From: an uncultured Alphaproteobacteria bacterium
Lineage (GTDB): Bacteria > Pseudomonadota > Alphaproteobacteria > RF32 > CAG-239
Length of the DNA stretch: 43,708 nucleotides
Direction of reading: 5' to 3'
Assembly: GCA_910585375.1 (NCBI GenBank)
Contig: CAJUCZ010000009.1
Coordinates: 22,474 to 66,181, forward strand
In this document: positions 1 to 10,421 of the stretch, piece after piece
Layout: every line of letters begins with the position of its first letter
Numbering within the stretch: the first letter of the stretch is position 1
Position numbers and translations under genes: made by a program
Notes under the pieces: model-generated
Told to the model about the DNA's origin: nothing
Databases searched by the model: none
Seen by the model: only the letters and a program-made list of their open reading frames with translations

Positions 1-55
1 AAAAAACTCCTGAGCTTCAGGAGTTTTTTCTTTAATGGTAGCGAGAGAGGGGTTC
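1..55. repeat. Copy 1 of a 55-bp perfect direct repeat: the last 20 nt of the tRNA-Met 3' end plus its downstream terminator hairpin
   Basis: Positions 1-55 are identical to 238-292 (aaaaaactcctgagcttcaggagttttttctttaatggtagcgagagaggggttc). The sequences diverge immediately afterwards. Confidence 0.8.
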
Positions 56-237
56 TTCTGGCTCGTAAATTTTATAAAAATTAACTCGCTGCGGTCACTC
101 GGTATGTAACGCTTGCTTCGCCTCCTCGCTCTCAAGCTAACATACCTTCGCCCGTCGTCAGAAAACAGTTCACCGAAATGTTTTCTTTCCTCCGGCCCCC
201 GACAGTGTCGGGGCTTCGAACCTCAACTTTTGTGCAC

Positions 238-267
238 AAAAAAACTCCTGAGCTTCAGGAGTTTTTT
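238..267 (-). terminator. Rho-independent terminator downstream of tRNA-Met, part of direct-repeat copy 2
   Basis: Hairpin ctcctgagcttcaggag (245-261) is flanked by an A-run (238-244) and a T-run (262-267). On the minus strand this gives stem-loop then TTTTTT directly after the tRNA CCA end. Confidence 0.6.
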
Positions 268-273
268 CTTTAA

Positions 274-349
274 TGGTAGCGAGAGAGGGGTTCGAACCCC
301 CGACACAAGGATTATGATTCCTCTGCTCTACCGACTGAGCTATCCCGCC
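274..349 (-). tRNA. tRNA with anticodon CAT (tRNA-Met, or tRNA-Ile2 if lysidine-modified)
   Basis: The minus strand reads GGCGGGATAGCTCAGTCGGTAGAGCAGAGGAATCATAATCCTTGTGTCGGGGGTTCGAACCCCTCTCTCGCTACCA. It is a 76-nt cloverleaf with a 7-bp acceptor stem, a D arm, anticodon loop AUCAUAA, T-loop TTCGAAC and an encoded CCA. Confidence 0.85.
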
Positions 350-513
350 ATCAAATTCATGTCTTTAATAATATTTCTTTTTTCTGTTGTCAATACTTAT
401 TTTTTATAAAAAACACATTTCCGCACAAAAAAAATTTCCTCCCCCTAGACAAATGTTTTATAGACATTATATTAATAAAAAATTCAAAATTGTAATTTAA
501 TTCGGAAGAAGAT

Positions 514-1386
514 ATGAAAAAAATTCAACTTGCAGCAGCTCTTCTGACAGTTTTATTCAGCTTTCCGGCATTATCCGCAGACCCCAAATTCTCGGAAGAC
601 GGACAAAATCATCTCCGTGCCAATCTGCGCCGCCTGTCACTTGATGTTTCGTCAACCAGCGTATCCAATGCCAAAGCCTATCAAAACTCGCCCAACTCCT
701 CACTCAGTTCCGACAGTGAAGCCGTAACCAAAGGCGTATTGGACTTTATTCTGGAATATGAAATGCCAAATGCCCAATGGAACAACAGCGTTTTTGCCGA
801 ATACGGAAAAACACGGCTCAAAAACGCCGACGGGCAAACCTCTTCCAGCGAAACAGCAGACAAAATTCTTTTAACTACGGATTATGCCCGCAAAATCTGG
901 ACATACAAAGACGCCAACGTCGGCCCCTTTGCCAGCCTCGGCTATCAAACCGAATTCACGGCCAATGACGACGCTCCCAGAACCAAAGTCATTCGGGGCA
1001 AAGGCGGACTCAAACTCTTTAACGGCACCTATATCAAAGAACTCTATGCTGCCGGCGTCATTGAAGAAGACCTGACCTATTCCGACGCCAATACCAAATA
1101 CGCCTATGAAATCGGCATTCGTGCCGAATATCCGCTGCGCGACGGTGTAAAATTCCAACTGGATTCGTATTACCGCGATTATATTTATTTCAGCCGCTAT
1201 CAGGGAACTGATTTCAAATATGAACTGAATTTCACGTCACGCATGGAAGTCGAAGTCAAAGACAGTTTCAAAATCGCACCTTACATCGCCTACTTTCAAG
1301 CGCAGTCACGTGAAGCCGCCGTTAAGGGAAGCAACTTGATGATCGGTGTTTCTTTTGGTTTCTCAAACTTATATGATATTTTCTGA
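514..1386 (+). CDS. Outer-membrane beta-barrel protein (porin-like), secreted
   Basis: N-terminal signal peptide MKKIQLAAALLTVLFSFPALSA. Alternating amphipathic segments, and a C-terminal ...GVSFGFSNLYDIF ending in Phe, which is the Omp85 (BamA) recognition signature. Confidence 0.5.
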   Translation: MKKIQLAAALLTVLFSFPALSADPKFSEDGQNHLRANLRRLSLDVSSTSVSNAKAYQNSPNSSLSSDSEAVTKGVLDFILEYEMPNAQWNNSVFAEYGKTRLKNADGQTSSSETADKILLTTDYARKIWTYKDANVGPFASLGYQTEFTANDDAPRTKVIRGKGGLKLFNGTYIKELYAAGVIEEDLTYSDANTKYAYEIGIRAEYPLRDGVKFQLDSYYRDYIYFSRYQGTDFKYELNFTSRMEVEVKDSFKIAPYIAYFQAQSREAAVKGSNLMIGVSFGFSNLYDIF

Positions 1387-1397
1387 GGAGATAAAAC

Positions 1398-1757
1398 ATG
1401 TCTGAATTTTTGCTCGTGGAATACCCCAAGTGCTCAACCTGCCAAAAAGCCCGCAAATGGCTGGAAGAAAACCACATAAAATTCACCGGCCGCCATATTG
1501 TCGAAAACACTCCCGACCAAAGTGAACTTCGCCAATGGATTTCCCGTTCGGGAAAACCAACTGCCAAATTCTTTAATACCTCAGGATTAAAATATAAGGC
1601 ACTCAACTTAAAAGACCGGCTGCCGGCTCTATCGGAAGATGAACAAATCGCATTGCTGGCTTCTGACGGCATGCTCATCAAGCGTCCGCTGCTTATCGGC
1701 AAACAGATTGTCCTCTCCGGCTTTCGTCCTGACGAATGGGAAAAGCTAAAAGAATAA
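1398..1757 (+). CDS. ArsC/Spx/YffB-family thioredoxin-fold protein
   Basis: 119 aa. An N-terminal redox motif (KCSTC in YPKCSTCQKARKWLEE) is followed by HIKF..R....P, which is typical of the ArsC/Spx family. Confidence 0.5.
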   Translation: MSEFLLVEYPKCSTCQKARKWLEENHIKFTGRHIVENTPDQSELRQWISRSGKPTAKFFNTSGLKYKALNLKDRLPALSEDEQIALLASDGMLIKRPLLIGKQIVLSGFRPDEWEKLKE

Positions 1758-1848
1758 CGGCCTTGTTTCTAACTCTTCAAAAAATGTTGACTTACTGACG
1801 GACTGTGCTAATTATCCGGCATAATCAGTTAATTTTAAGGAAAAAAAT

Positions 1849-2448
1849 ATGTTTGGCGCCTTCAGTATTCAGGAATTCATCAGTTCATTCTTCGTCCTTT
1901 TTGCCGTTATTGACGTTGTAGGCTCAATTCCCGTCCTCTTAAACCTCAAAAGGCGCGGCAAACGAATTAACGCCGCCAAAGCCAGCATTCTGGCTCTGAT
2001 TGTCTTTTTGATATTTTTCTACGGCGGAGAAGCTTTTCTTCACTTGTTCAACGTAGACATCTCTTCTTTTGCCGTTGCCGGCTCGCTGATTATTTTCGTC
2101 ATTGCCATGGAAATGATTCTGGATATTGAAATATTCAAAGACCAGCCCGATGCCCCTAAAGACGCCACTTTTGTACCGGTTGTTTTTCCGCTGCTGGCCG
2201 GAGCCGGCGCTCTGACAACCCTGCTCTCCATCCGCGCCCAGTTTAATGACATCAATATTTTGCTGGCCGTGTTCTGTAATATGATTGTGGTTTATCTGGT
2301 TCTTAAAATGACCAAAAAGCTTGAAAAGATTCTGGCCCCCGGAATTATTTACATCTTCCAAAAATTCTTTGGCATTATCCTGTTGGCCATTTCAGTCAAA
2401 CTGTTCACCGCCAATCTGGCTTTTCTGATCAAAACCGCCGCCGGATAA
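1849..2448 (+). CDS. MarC-family (UPF0056) integral membrane protein
   Basis: 199 aa, multi-pass hydrophobic. The overall pattern resembles MarC-family proteins. Confidence 0.45.
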   Translation: MFGAFSIQEFISSFFVLFAVIDVVGSIPVLLNLKRRGKRINAAKASILALIVFLIFFYGGEAFLHLFNVDISSFAVAGSLIIFVIAMEMILDIEIFKDQPDAPKDATFVPVVFPLLAGAGALTTLLSIRAQFNDINILLAVFCNMIVVYLVLKMTKKLEKILAPGIIYIFQKFFGIILLAISVKLFTANLAFLIKTAAG

Positions 2449-2550
2449 GCTTCCGACAATTTCCTTTGAATAACATGCCGGAAGAAGTTGACGTTCCGGC
2501 ATTAATATTTTACACATAGTTTCAAGGACTAAATTGATAAAGGAAAAAAA

Positions 2551-3327
2551 ATGGAAAAGTCTACATCAGTCGGTGTCATTATGGGCGTTGCCGCCGTTGG
2601 TGTCGGCATGGCCTTAAAAGGTGCAGATCCTCATTCTTTAATCAACCCAGCTGCATTTTTGATTATTATTGTCGGAACGGCAGCCGCCCTCTTTAACGCT
2701 TTCACGATGAAAGAACTCAAAAAATTTCCCAAGCTTTTGAAAATTATTTTTACCGGACACAAGCAGAAAAGCAAACAGGAAATTTTTGACCTTTTTGTTT
2801 CCCTCGCCAAGACCGCTAAAACCGAAGGCGTTGTCGGAATCGAACGTATTGCCAATGACATGGATGATCCGTTCATCAAAACCGGTTTATCATTGGTTGC
2901 CGATGGTTTTCCGGAAGATTTTATCTATGAAACGCTGGAAAGTGAAATCAAACAAATGGAAGAACGCCATCGTTCCGGTGCCGCCATATTTTCGCAGGCC
3001 GGAATGTACGCCCCAACCCTCGGCGTTTTGGGAGCGGTTATTGGCTTGATTGCCGCCTTGGGCAACCTTTCTGACATTGATAAACTCGGACATTCGATTG
3101 CCGCGGCTTTTGTCGCCACCCTGCTCGGTATTTTTACCGGTTACGTTATCTGGCATCCTTTTGCCAACAAACTGAAACAAATCTCCAAAGAAGAAGTCGA
3201 AAACAAAAAAATGATTCTGGAAGGAGCTCTTGCCCTGCAAAGCGGCGCCTCTTCTTTGGCAATGGAAGCCAAATTGCAGTCCTTTATTCCGGTGTCGGAA
3301 CGCCGTCAGTCTCAGAACAAGGAATAA
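2551..3327 (+). CDS. motA: MotA/PomA-type stator proton-channel protein (MotA/TolQ/ExbB family)
   Basis: 258 aa with four predicted transmembrane segments and a cytoplasmic loop. It is followed 3 nt downstream by an OmpA-domain MotB-like gene. Confidence 0.6.
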   Translation: MEKSTSVGVIMGVAAVGVGMALKGADPHSLINPAAFLIIIVGTAAALFNAFTMKELKKFPKLLKIIFTGHKQKSKQEIFDLFVSLAKTAKTEGVVGIERIANDMDDPFIKTGLSLVADGFPEDFIYETLESEIKQMEERHRSGAAIFSQAGMYAPTLGVLGAVIGLIAALGNLSDIDKLGHSIAAAFVATLLGIFTGYVIWHPFANKLKQISKEEVENKKMILEGALALQSGASSLAMEAKLQSFIPVSERRQSQNKE

Positions 3328-3330
3328 AAA

Positions 3331-3996
3331 ATGGCAAAACGCAAACCGGAACAAGAAGCGCATGAAGAACATGCCGATGAGACTTGGCTGATTCCCTATT
3401 CAGATTTATTGACCTTGCTTCTGGCGCTTTTTATCGTGCTTTTTGCATCTTCCAAACTTGACAAAGCCAAGATGAGCCAAATGGAAGCGGCTTTTGCAGC
3501 AGCGTTTAATGCAGCGACCGGCCTTGACAAGCTCAGCGGCAATCTGGGAGAATTTATGAGCAGCATACAGGAACTCGGATTGGATTCTTCCGTCAGCCTC
3601 GGCTCCGATGACCGCGGCGTCGCCATTGACATAGGCAGCCTGTCAATGTTCGCCCCAAGAAAATCTGACCTTTTGGACAGCATTCATCCGGTGCTCAACC
3701 AAATCATTTCTTTGCTTCAACAACCACGTTACAAGCGCTTTCGGATAACGGTGGAAGGCCATACCGACGATATTGAGGCCTCCGATTCCGACTTTCCGTC
3801 AAAATGGGAATTGTCTTCCAACCGGGCAGCAGCCGTTGTACGCTACTTTATAAAAAAGGGCATTGCGTCAGAACGCCTGCAGGTTATCGGCCGGGCCGAC
3901 ATCGCCCCCAAATTTCCCAACTATAACGCATATAATGAGCCTGTTCCGGAAAATCGTACCCGCAACCGGCGCATTGAAATTCACATTGAACCTTAA
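3331..3996 (+). CDS. motB: MotB-type stator protein with a C-terminal OmpA-like peptidoglycan-binding domain
   Basis: N-terminal single transmembrane segment (LIPYSDLLTLLLALFIVLF) and a C-terminal OmpA-like motif (...NRRIEIHI). It is translationally coupled to motA. Confidence 0.6.
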   Translation: MAKRKPEQEAHEEHADETWLIPYSDLLTLLLALFIVLFASSKLDKAKMSQMEAAFAAAFNAATGLDKLSGNLGEFMSSIQELGLDSSVSLGSDDRGVAIDIGSLSMFAPRKSDLLDSIHPVLNQIISLLQQPRYKRFRITVEGHTDDIEASDSDFPSKWELSSNRAAAVVRYFIKKGIASERLQVIGRADIAPKFPNYNAYNEPVPENRTRNRRIEIHIEP

Positions 3997-4012
3997 AATC
4001 AGGAAAATATAA

Positions 4013-4984
4013 ATGGAAAAATTGTCTTATTTGCTGGAACATCATCTGGTTTTGCCTGCTTACGGCCAATGGATTATTTTCGGCATCATCGTTTTTGCTC
4101 TTTTATTTTTGGACCTTTTTGTCTTTCACCGCCACGCGGAAGAACCCAAGCTTAAAGAAACTTTTTGGGCTTGCGTATTTTACATCGCCATAGCCATTGT
4201 CTTTGGCTTCTTTGTCATTTATGAACGCGGTACCGAAACCGGCATGCTTTATTTCACCGGCTTTCTGGTCGAGAAAAGCTTGTCCTTGGACAATATTTTT
4301 ATCATGTCTGTCATATTCAGCAGCCTGAAAATTGAACGCAAATATCAACACCGCGTTTTATTCTGGGGAATTCTCGGCGCTATTGTCATGCGCGGTGTCC
4401 TTATCGGTGTCGGTGAAGTCCTGATTTCCAATTTTCACTGGGTCTTATACATCTTCTCCGCATTTTTAATCTACACCGGTATCAAAATGGCACTGCACAA
4501 AGAAGATGAACAGGGAAAACTGGAAGACAGCCGGCTGTTCCGTGTTGTCAGCAAATTCTTCCATGTCACACCGGAAATAAGAGGTGAACACTTCTTCGTT
4601 AAAGAAAACGGCAGACATTATATCACGCCGCTGTTCTTTGCCCTGATTATTATTGAAACCATGGATGTTATTTTCGCTCTGGACAGCATTCCGGCAATCT
4701 TCCTGATCACGCAGGATTTGTTTGTGGTTTACACCAGCAATATTTTTGCCATTCTCGGCCTCCGGGCACTGTACTTTCTGCTCGCCGCAGCCGTTTACAA
4801 ATTTGTTTACCTCAAACCGGCATTGTCTGTTATCTTAATTTTTATCGGCGCCAAAATATTTTTGCCGTACATCGGAATTAAGATTGAAGCCTGGCAATCG
4901 CTCAGCATCACCTTCGGATTACTCTTTATTGGTATTGCAGCCTCACTGATCCGGCCTAATCCGATAGAAGCAGAAAATAAATAA
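4013..4984 (+). CDS. TerC-family integral membrane protein
   Basis: 323 aa, polytopic. The LSLDNIFIMS motif resembles the TerC-family signature E.LS.DN.F. Confidence 0.5.
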   Translation: MEKLSYLLEHHLVLPAYGQWIIFGIIVFALLFLDLFVFHRHAEEPKLKETFWACVFYIAIAIVFGFFVIYERGTETGMLYFTGFLVEKSLSLDNIFIMSVIFSSLKIERKYQHRVLFWGILGAIVMRGVLIGVGEVLISNFHWVLYIFSAFLIYTGIKMALHKEDEQGKLEDSRLFRVVSKFFHVTPEIRGEHFFVKENGRHYITPLFFALIIIETMDVIFALDSIPAIFLITQDLFVVYTSNIFAILGLRALYFLLAAAVYKFVYLKPALSVILIFIGAKIFLPYIGIKIEAWQSLSITFGLLFIGIAASLIRPNPIEAENK

Positions 4985-5024
4985 CAAAAAAAATTCCCGT
5001 TCTTGCAAGAACGGGAATTTTTTT
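4985..5024. terminator. Bidirectional intrinsic terminator between convergent genes
   Basis: Hairpin ttcccgttcttgcaagaacgggaa (4994-5017) is flanked by an A-run and a T-run. Confidence 0.6.
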
Positions 5025-5034
5025 AATAAACAGC

Positions 5035-6384
5035 TTACATAAAGAACTCAATATAAACAAAAGCCGTTCCGATAAGCACGCTCAGCAACATTATCGGCAC
5101 CGACCACAACAAGAACTTCACAAAGCTGATCGGATGCCCTTCACGCATGGCCATACCGGCCACCACTACATTGGCCGAAGCACCGATAAGCGTTCCGTTT
5201 CCGCCAAAACAGGCCCCCAGCGACAAAGACCACCACACCGGCATCATAATGTCACGACCGCCAACAGATTCTTCCATAGACTTCAACATCGGAATCATCG
5301 TTGCCACAAACGGAATATTATCAATCACACTGGAGATAATTGCCGAACACCACAAAATCAGAAAGCTCAGTTTTGCAATGCTTCCGTCCGTCAACTCTAC
5401 AAACTTCTGTCCCAAATAAGCCAGCACGCCTGTCACTTCCAGACCATAAACAATAACAAACAAACCGGTAAAGAAAAAAATTGTAATCCAGTCAACCATA
5501 TTAAAAATTTCCTGAACCTTTCCGTCTTTTTCCTCACCTTGAGAACCGAAAGTATATAACAGCAGCAAAACGGCAGCACCAAGCAAAGCAATGGTACCGT
5601 TGTCCAGACCGATATGATGAGCCGAAATAAAGCCGGCAATCACACAGGCCAAAACCACCAAAGCTTTAACCAGCAAGCCCTTATCCGTAATCGCGTCATT
5701 AGGATTCATGGCCATTACTTTTTTCTTGCAATCATCTGTTGTCTTAAGCTGCACGCCCCAAAAGCGGTCAAAGATAAAAATAACCACAACCATGGTCACC
5801 GCAACAACGGGCGTCAGAACTTTTACAAAATCCATAAAACTCAGATTCAGGGCAGATCCGATCAAAATATTGGGAGGATCGCCGATAAGCGTTGCCGTTC
5901 CACCGATATTGGAAGAAAAAATCTCCAACAGAAGATACGGATAAGGATTGATTCTGAGTTTGCGCGTAATCTGAAAAGTTACCGGCGCAATCAGCAAAAC
6001 CGTGGTAACATTGTCCAGAAAACCGGAAAAAACAGCCGTAACAATCGCCAAAGCAGCCATCAGGCCGCGCGGGCTGGCTTTTACTTTTTTTGCCGACCAA
6101 ATTGCCACATACTGGAACATACCGGACTTTTCAGATACAGCCACAATAATCATCATGCCGATAAGCAGCGCCAATGTATTAAAATCAATTCCGGCCAATG
6201 CTTGCTTTTGCGACAAAATACCTGTCGCAATCATCACGCCGGCGCCAATCAGCGCAATAACGGCCCGGTTAACTTTCTCGGAAAAAATTATCAGATAACA
6301 AACCGCAACAATAATAATTGCGGCCAAAGAAGGCGGCATCCCTAAAATCAGGTTCGCGGCCTCGCCTGTATTCGTATTGAGCAT
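5035..6384 (-). CDS. ArsB/NhaD-superfamily anion permease (YbiR-like transporter)
   Basis: 449 aa and highly hydrophobic. The architecture is typical of this permease superfamily, with two repeated halves separated by a charged central loop. Confidence 0.5.
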   Translation of the reverse strand: MLNTNTGEAANLILGMPPSLAAIIIVAVCYLIIFSEKVNRAVIALIGAGVMIATGILSQKQALAGIDFNTLALLIGMMIIVAVSEKSGMFQYVAIWSAKKVKASPRGLMAALAIVTAVFSGFLDNVTTVLLIAPVTFQITRKLRINPYPYLLLEIFSSNIGGTATLIGDPPNILIGSALNLSFMDFVKVLTPVVAVTMVVVIFIFDRFWGVQLKTTDDCKKKVMAMNPNDAITDKGLLVKALVVLACVIAGFISAHHIGLDNGTIALLGAAVLLLLYTFGSQGEEKDGKVQEIFNMVDWITIFFFTGLFVIVYGLEVTGVLAYLGQKFVELTDGSIAKLSFLILWCSAIISSVIDNIPFVATMIPMLKSMEESVGGRDIMMPVWWSLSLGACFGGNGTLIGASANVVVAGMAMREGHPISFVKFLLWSVPIMLLSVLIGTAFVYIEFFM

Positions 6385-6434
6385 AAATATTCCCTCAAAA
6401 TAAATTCACACAGTTAGTCCGCACTCTGCTCTGT

Positions 6435-6470
6435 AAAAAAGATAAAGTGTGATTTTAACTAACCACACTT
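6435..6470 (-). terminator. Intrinsic terminator downstream of gltX
   Basis: Stem aagtgtg / cacactt with a 12-nt loop, followed on the minus strand by TTTTTT. Confidence 0.45.
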
Positions 6471-6484
6471 TTCTTACTATTTTG

Positions 6485-8149
6485 TTAATTAATAATATTC
6501 AGCCTTTTCAGCGCCCGCTCCTTTCCAAGCACTTTCATGATGGAACAGAGATCGGGACTGTTCGTCCGTCCGGTAATCAACACCCGCAATACGGTTGCCA
6601 CATCAGAAACGCTGCCCTTATAAGCTTCCGGATTTTTAGAATATTCCTTCGGATTTTTGGCATAACCGTTGGCAAGAGCAAAGTCTTTTACTTTGGCAAA
6701 CCACTCGTTTTTATCATCATTCTCGTCATAAGTGGCAACAAAAGCTTTAACAATCTCCTGCATATTTTCTAAAGGCTGATTCGGCACCAGCTTGAGAACG
6801 TCATCTTTGGTCAGGATAAATTCCTCATCAAAGAAATATCTTATCTCATCCCAAATACCGGAAAAAGTTACATAATCTTTTCTGACACGGTCGCAGTTGC
6901 TGCGCTCGATATCCAGAATCTGCTTGAAATAGCCGCCGTTGGCATCCAGACGGTTCTGCATTTCCCGATCATATTTGGCCGCCCATTGGTATAAGCGGTC
7001 ATAAAGCTCGTCACAGCTCAAAGTCGCAATAAACTCTTTGCTGATGTCTTCCAGCTTGACAAAATCCAGAAGCGGACCGCTGTTGTTAAGTTTGCTGATC
7101 TTAAATTCAAAATCCTTATAAGTCTTGTTGGGATTAGCCTTTTTATAGTCTTCAAAATCAGAATTGGCCAGATTCATCAAATAATCAATAACGGCTTCTT
7201 TCGGATAACCTTTCTCGCCGTAAAAAGCCACATTAGCCTCAGGATCTTTACGCTTGCTGAGTTTGCGGCGTGCACCTTCGTCAAGTTTCTGAATCGGTGC
7301 GATATGCCCATATTTCGGCGCTTTCCAGCCCATTGCCTCAAACAGCTGAATATGCAACGGCAAAGAAGACAACCACTCGTCGCCGCGCACCACATGGGTT
7401 GTTCCCATCAAATGGTCATCAACAATATGGGCAAAATGATAAGTCGGCAGCCCATCGGATTTCAAAATGACAATATCCAAATCATTTTCCGGAAAAAAGC
7501 GCTTGCCGCGCAAAATGTCTTCAACGGCAATTTTGTTGATATACTTCCCCGGAGATTTAAAACGGATGACAAACGGCTTTCCGGCATCCAGATTGGCAAT
7601 CACCTGCTCTTCGGTCAGATTGCGATCTCTGGCCCACAAACCGTAATACCCCGGACGTCCGCCGGCTTTGGTCTGCCGTTCGCGCATGGCCTCAATTTCC
7701 TCTTCGGTACAAAAGCACGGATAAGCCATGCCTTTTTCCAAAAGCTGTTTGACATAAGCCTGATAAATTTCTCTGCGTTTGCTTTGCGTATACGGACCGT
7801 AAGCGCCGGTCTCCTCATTCCCGTTCACAGGCCCTTCATCAACAATCAGGCCATATTCTTTGAGCGAACGGATAATCAAATCCGTCGCACCTTCAATCTC
7901 ACGCTTGGTATCGGTATCCTCAATCCGCAAAATAAACACACCGTTGCTCTGATGAGCAAAACGCTCTGAAATCAACGCCGCATAAATCCCGCCGATATGC
8001 ATAAATCCGGTCGGGCTCGGGGCAATACGGGTCACATACCGGCTGTCGGACAACTGCCGCGGCGGATATCTTTTTTCAATTTCTTCCGCGGCCAAAATGT
8101 TATCACCCATCAAGCGGCCGATAGTCTCTTTTGATAATGCCATTTTCAA
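6485..8149 (-). CDS. gltX: Glutamate--tRNA ligase (class I aminoacyl-tRNA synthetase)
   Basis: HIGH motif (PTGFMHIGG), ...LRIEDTD..., and a KMSKS-type motif (KLSKRK). Confidence 0.8.
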   Translation of the reverse strand: MKMALSKETIGRLMGDNILAAEEIEKRYPPRQLSDSRYVTRIAPSPTGFMHIGGIYAALISERFAHQSNGVFILRIEDTDTKREIEGATDLIIRSLKEYGLIVDEGPVNGNEETGAYGPYTQSKRREIYQAYVKQLLEKGMAYPCFCTEEEIEAMRERQTKAGGRPGYYGLWARDRNLTEEQVIANLDAGKPFVIRFKSPGKYINKIAVEDILRGKRFFPENDLDIVILKSDGLPTYHFAHIVDDHLMGTTHVVRGDEWLSSLPLHIQLFEAMGWKAPKYGHIAPIQKLDEGARRKLSKRKDPEANVAFYGEKGYPKEAVIDYLMNLANSDFEDYKKANPNKTYKDFEFKISKLNNSGPLLDFVKLEDISKEFIATLSCDELYDRLYQWAAKYDREMQNRLDANGGYFKQILDIERSNCDRVRKDYVTFSGIWDEIRYFFDEEFILTKDDVLKLVPNQPLENMQEIVKAFVATYDENDDKNEWFAKVKDFALANGYAKNPKEYSKNPEAYKGSVSDVATVLRVLITGRTNSPDLCSIMKVLGKERALKRLNIIN

Positions 8150-8302
8150 TTCTCACAAAAAAAACGTTAAACTTACTCGGAATTTATCACAAAAATATAA
8201 TTAAGCAAGCATTTTTACACCGTCGGAAAACAAGATTCATTTGCAGAAAATTTACTTTTCGCTGCTATATTAACCTCATTATATTTAAGAAAGAAGGACA
8301 TC

Positions 8303-9469
8303 ATGGATAACGCAATCTGCTTGCACAATGCAACGGTCTTAACCGGATTTTCGGTCATGGAGCATTGCGCGGTTTATATAAAAGACAACAAAATCGCCGA
8401 TGTTTTTAACGAAAGCCGCTTTCTCCACAAACAATTCAGCCCCAAGGTCAATATTATAAACGTCAATGGTGCCTACGTCGCCCCCGGCTTCATCGACACG
8501 CATATTCACGGCATTGGCGGATACGGGACTGACGACAATACCGCCTCTTCCGTTTTAAAAATGTCGGAAATTCTGGCTTCATACGGCGTCACGTCCTTTT
8601 TTCCGACAATTTATTCCGGCACCGAAGACCAGATGATAAAAAGTATCAAAGCCATCGTCAAAGCCATGGGCAAAGAAAAAGGCGCCCGCATCCTCGGCAT
8701 CCATTTGGAAGGGCCGTTCATTTCATCCGAAAGGCTCGGCGTTCAGTCTGCCGATTCGATAAGTCCGGTAAACCTCAAACTGATGGAAAAACTGTATAAA
8801 GCCGCCAAAGGACACATCATCAGCATGACCGTTGCGCCGGAACTAAAAAACATGCGCGATCTTGCCTTGTATTGCATTGAAAAAAACATCAATCTGCAGG
8901 CCGGCCATACCAATGCCGCCTATAAAAACATGGTCGAAGGCATGCAGGTCCGTATTCTGCATACCACACACCTGTTTAATGCCATGAGCCGCATCCACCA
9001 CCGCGATCCCGGAGCCGTCGGCGCCGTCTTCATCCATCCGGAAATTGCCTGCGAACTGATTTGCGACGGTGTTCATGTTGATCCGAACCTGATAAAACTG
9101 CTGGTCAGCATCAAACCGCATGACAAGCTGGTTTTGGTCACGGATTCGCTTAAACCGACCAAACAAAAAGCAGACAAACTTTTTGCCAACGGCGAAGAAG
9201 TTTATCTTGATAAATGCTTTTACCGCAAATCCGACAATGTCATCGCCGGCTCCGCTCTGACAATGATCGACGGTGTCCGCAATCTTGTTTCCTGGGGACT
9301 TTCGCACGAACAGGCCGTTAAAATGGCCTCCACCAATCCGGCAGCTGTCCATAAAATTGCCGGCAAAGGACAGATCGCCCCCGGCTACGATGCTGATTTA
9401 GTTGTTTTTAACGAAGATTTTCATATAATCAAAACCATTATCAACGGCAAAATTTTTCAGGAGAAATAA
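8303..9469 (+). CDS. nagA: N-acetylglucosamine-6-phosphate deacetylase
   Basis: Amidohydrolase metal-binding motif [14 protein letters not shown]. 388 aa. Immediately upstream of nagB. Confidence 0.75.
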   Translation: MDNAICLHNATVLTGFSVMEHCAVYIKDNKIADVFNESRFLHKQFSPKVNIINVNGAYVAPGFIDTHIHGIGGYGTDDNTASSVLKMSEILASYGVTSFFPTIYSGTEDQMIKSIKAIVKAMGKEKGARILGIHLEGPFISSERLGVQSADSISPVNLKLMEKLYKAAKGHIISMTVAPELKNMRDLALYCIEKNINLQAGHTNAAYKNMVEGMQVRILHTTHLFNAMSRIHHRDPGAVGAVFIHPEIACELICDGVHVDPNLIKLLVSIKPHDKLVLVTDSLKPTKQKADKLFANGEEVYLDKCFYRKSDNVIAGSALTMIDGVRNLVSWGLSHEQAVKMASTNPAAVHKIAGKGQIAPGYDADLVVFNEDFHIIKTIINGKIFQEK

Positions 9470-9470
9470 A

Positions 9471-10274
9471 ATGCGCTTAATCATCCGCCCTGACTACGAC
9501 ACCCTTTCCAATTGGGCAGCAAATTATATTGCATATAAAATCAACGGTACCCGCCCCACACCGCAAAAACCTTTTGTTCTCGGGCTTCCGACCGGTTCGA
9601 CCCCGCTTGGAACTTATAAAGAACTGATCAACTTGCACAAACGCGGCAAACTTTCCTTTGAAAACGTCATTACCTTCAATATGGACGAATACATCGGTCT
9701 GGATAAAGACCATCCGCAGAGTTACCACTTCTTTATGTGGGAGAATTTTTTCAAACACATTGATATCAAACGTGAAAATGTCCATATCCTGAACGGCATG
9801 ACCAAAGACTATGCCGGAGAATGCGCCGATTATGAAGAAAGCATCAAAGCCTGCGGCGGCATAGACTTGTTCCTTGGCGGCGTCGGCTCCGACGGTCATA
9901 TTGCTTTCAACGAACCGGGATCTTCTTTGTCTTCCCGCACAAGGGTCAAAACCCTGACCACGGAAACAGTCAAAGCCAACTCGCGCTTTTTTGACAATGA
10001 CATCAGCAAAGTTCCGACAACGGCTCTTACCGTAGGGGTTGGCACCATTACCGATGCGCGCGAAGTCATAATTCTCGCTTCCGGCCAAAACAAAGCCCGC
10101 GCCCTGCACCATGCTGTCGAAGGAAGCATCAACCATATGTGGCCGGTCAGCATTTTGCAAATGCATCAACACGCGGTTATTGTTTGCGATGAAGACGCTA
10201 CCAACGAACTGAAGGCTGACACCGTAAAATATTTCAAAGATATTGAAAAAGCCAACTTCAGAAATACAATTTAA
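9471..10274 (+). CDS. nagB: Glucosamine-6-phosphate deaminase
   Basis: 267 aa. Contains [17 protein letters not shown] and DEY..L, typical of NagB. Confidence 0.8.
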   Translation: MRLIIRPDYDTLSNWAANYIAYKINGTRPTPQKPFVLGLPTGSTPLGTYKELINLHKRGKLSFENVITFNMDEYIGLDKDHPQSYHFFMWENFFKHIDIKRENVHILNGMTKDYAGECADYEESIKACGGIDLFLGGVGSDGHIAFNEPGSSLSSRTRVKTLTTETVKANSRFFDNDISKVPTTALTVGVGTITDAREVIILASGQNKARALHHAVEGSINHMWPVSILQMHQHAVIVCDEDATNELKADTVKYFKDIEKANFRNTI

Positions 10275-10302
10275 GATTTTTAAACACAAAATTTTTCGCT
10301 CA

Positions 10303-10328
10303 GCCTCCATCTCGGGAGGCTTTTTTTT
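10303..10328 (+). terminator. Intrinsic terminator after nagB
   Basis: Hairpin gcctcc-atctcg-ggaggc followed by T9. Confidence 0.65.
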
Positions 10329-10421
10329 ACTTTTCCACTTGCAAACGGTTTAGCATTGACAAACAGGCCGTTACCCGTCATCTTAAAACAATAAATTGCG
10401 GACAACAGTTTTGAAAGAACA

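Noticed and set aside
113-409. 98-aa plus-strand ORF
   Set aside because: It lies entirely over the tRNA-Met gene, its terminator and the direct repeats. It has no RBS and its composition is implausible.
5134-6345. Several plus-strand ORFs of 90-243 aa antisense to the ArsB-like permease
   Set aside because: They are reverse-frame artefacts of a long membrane-protein gene, with extreme His/Arg/Asn content.
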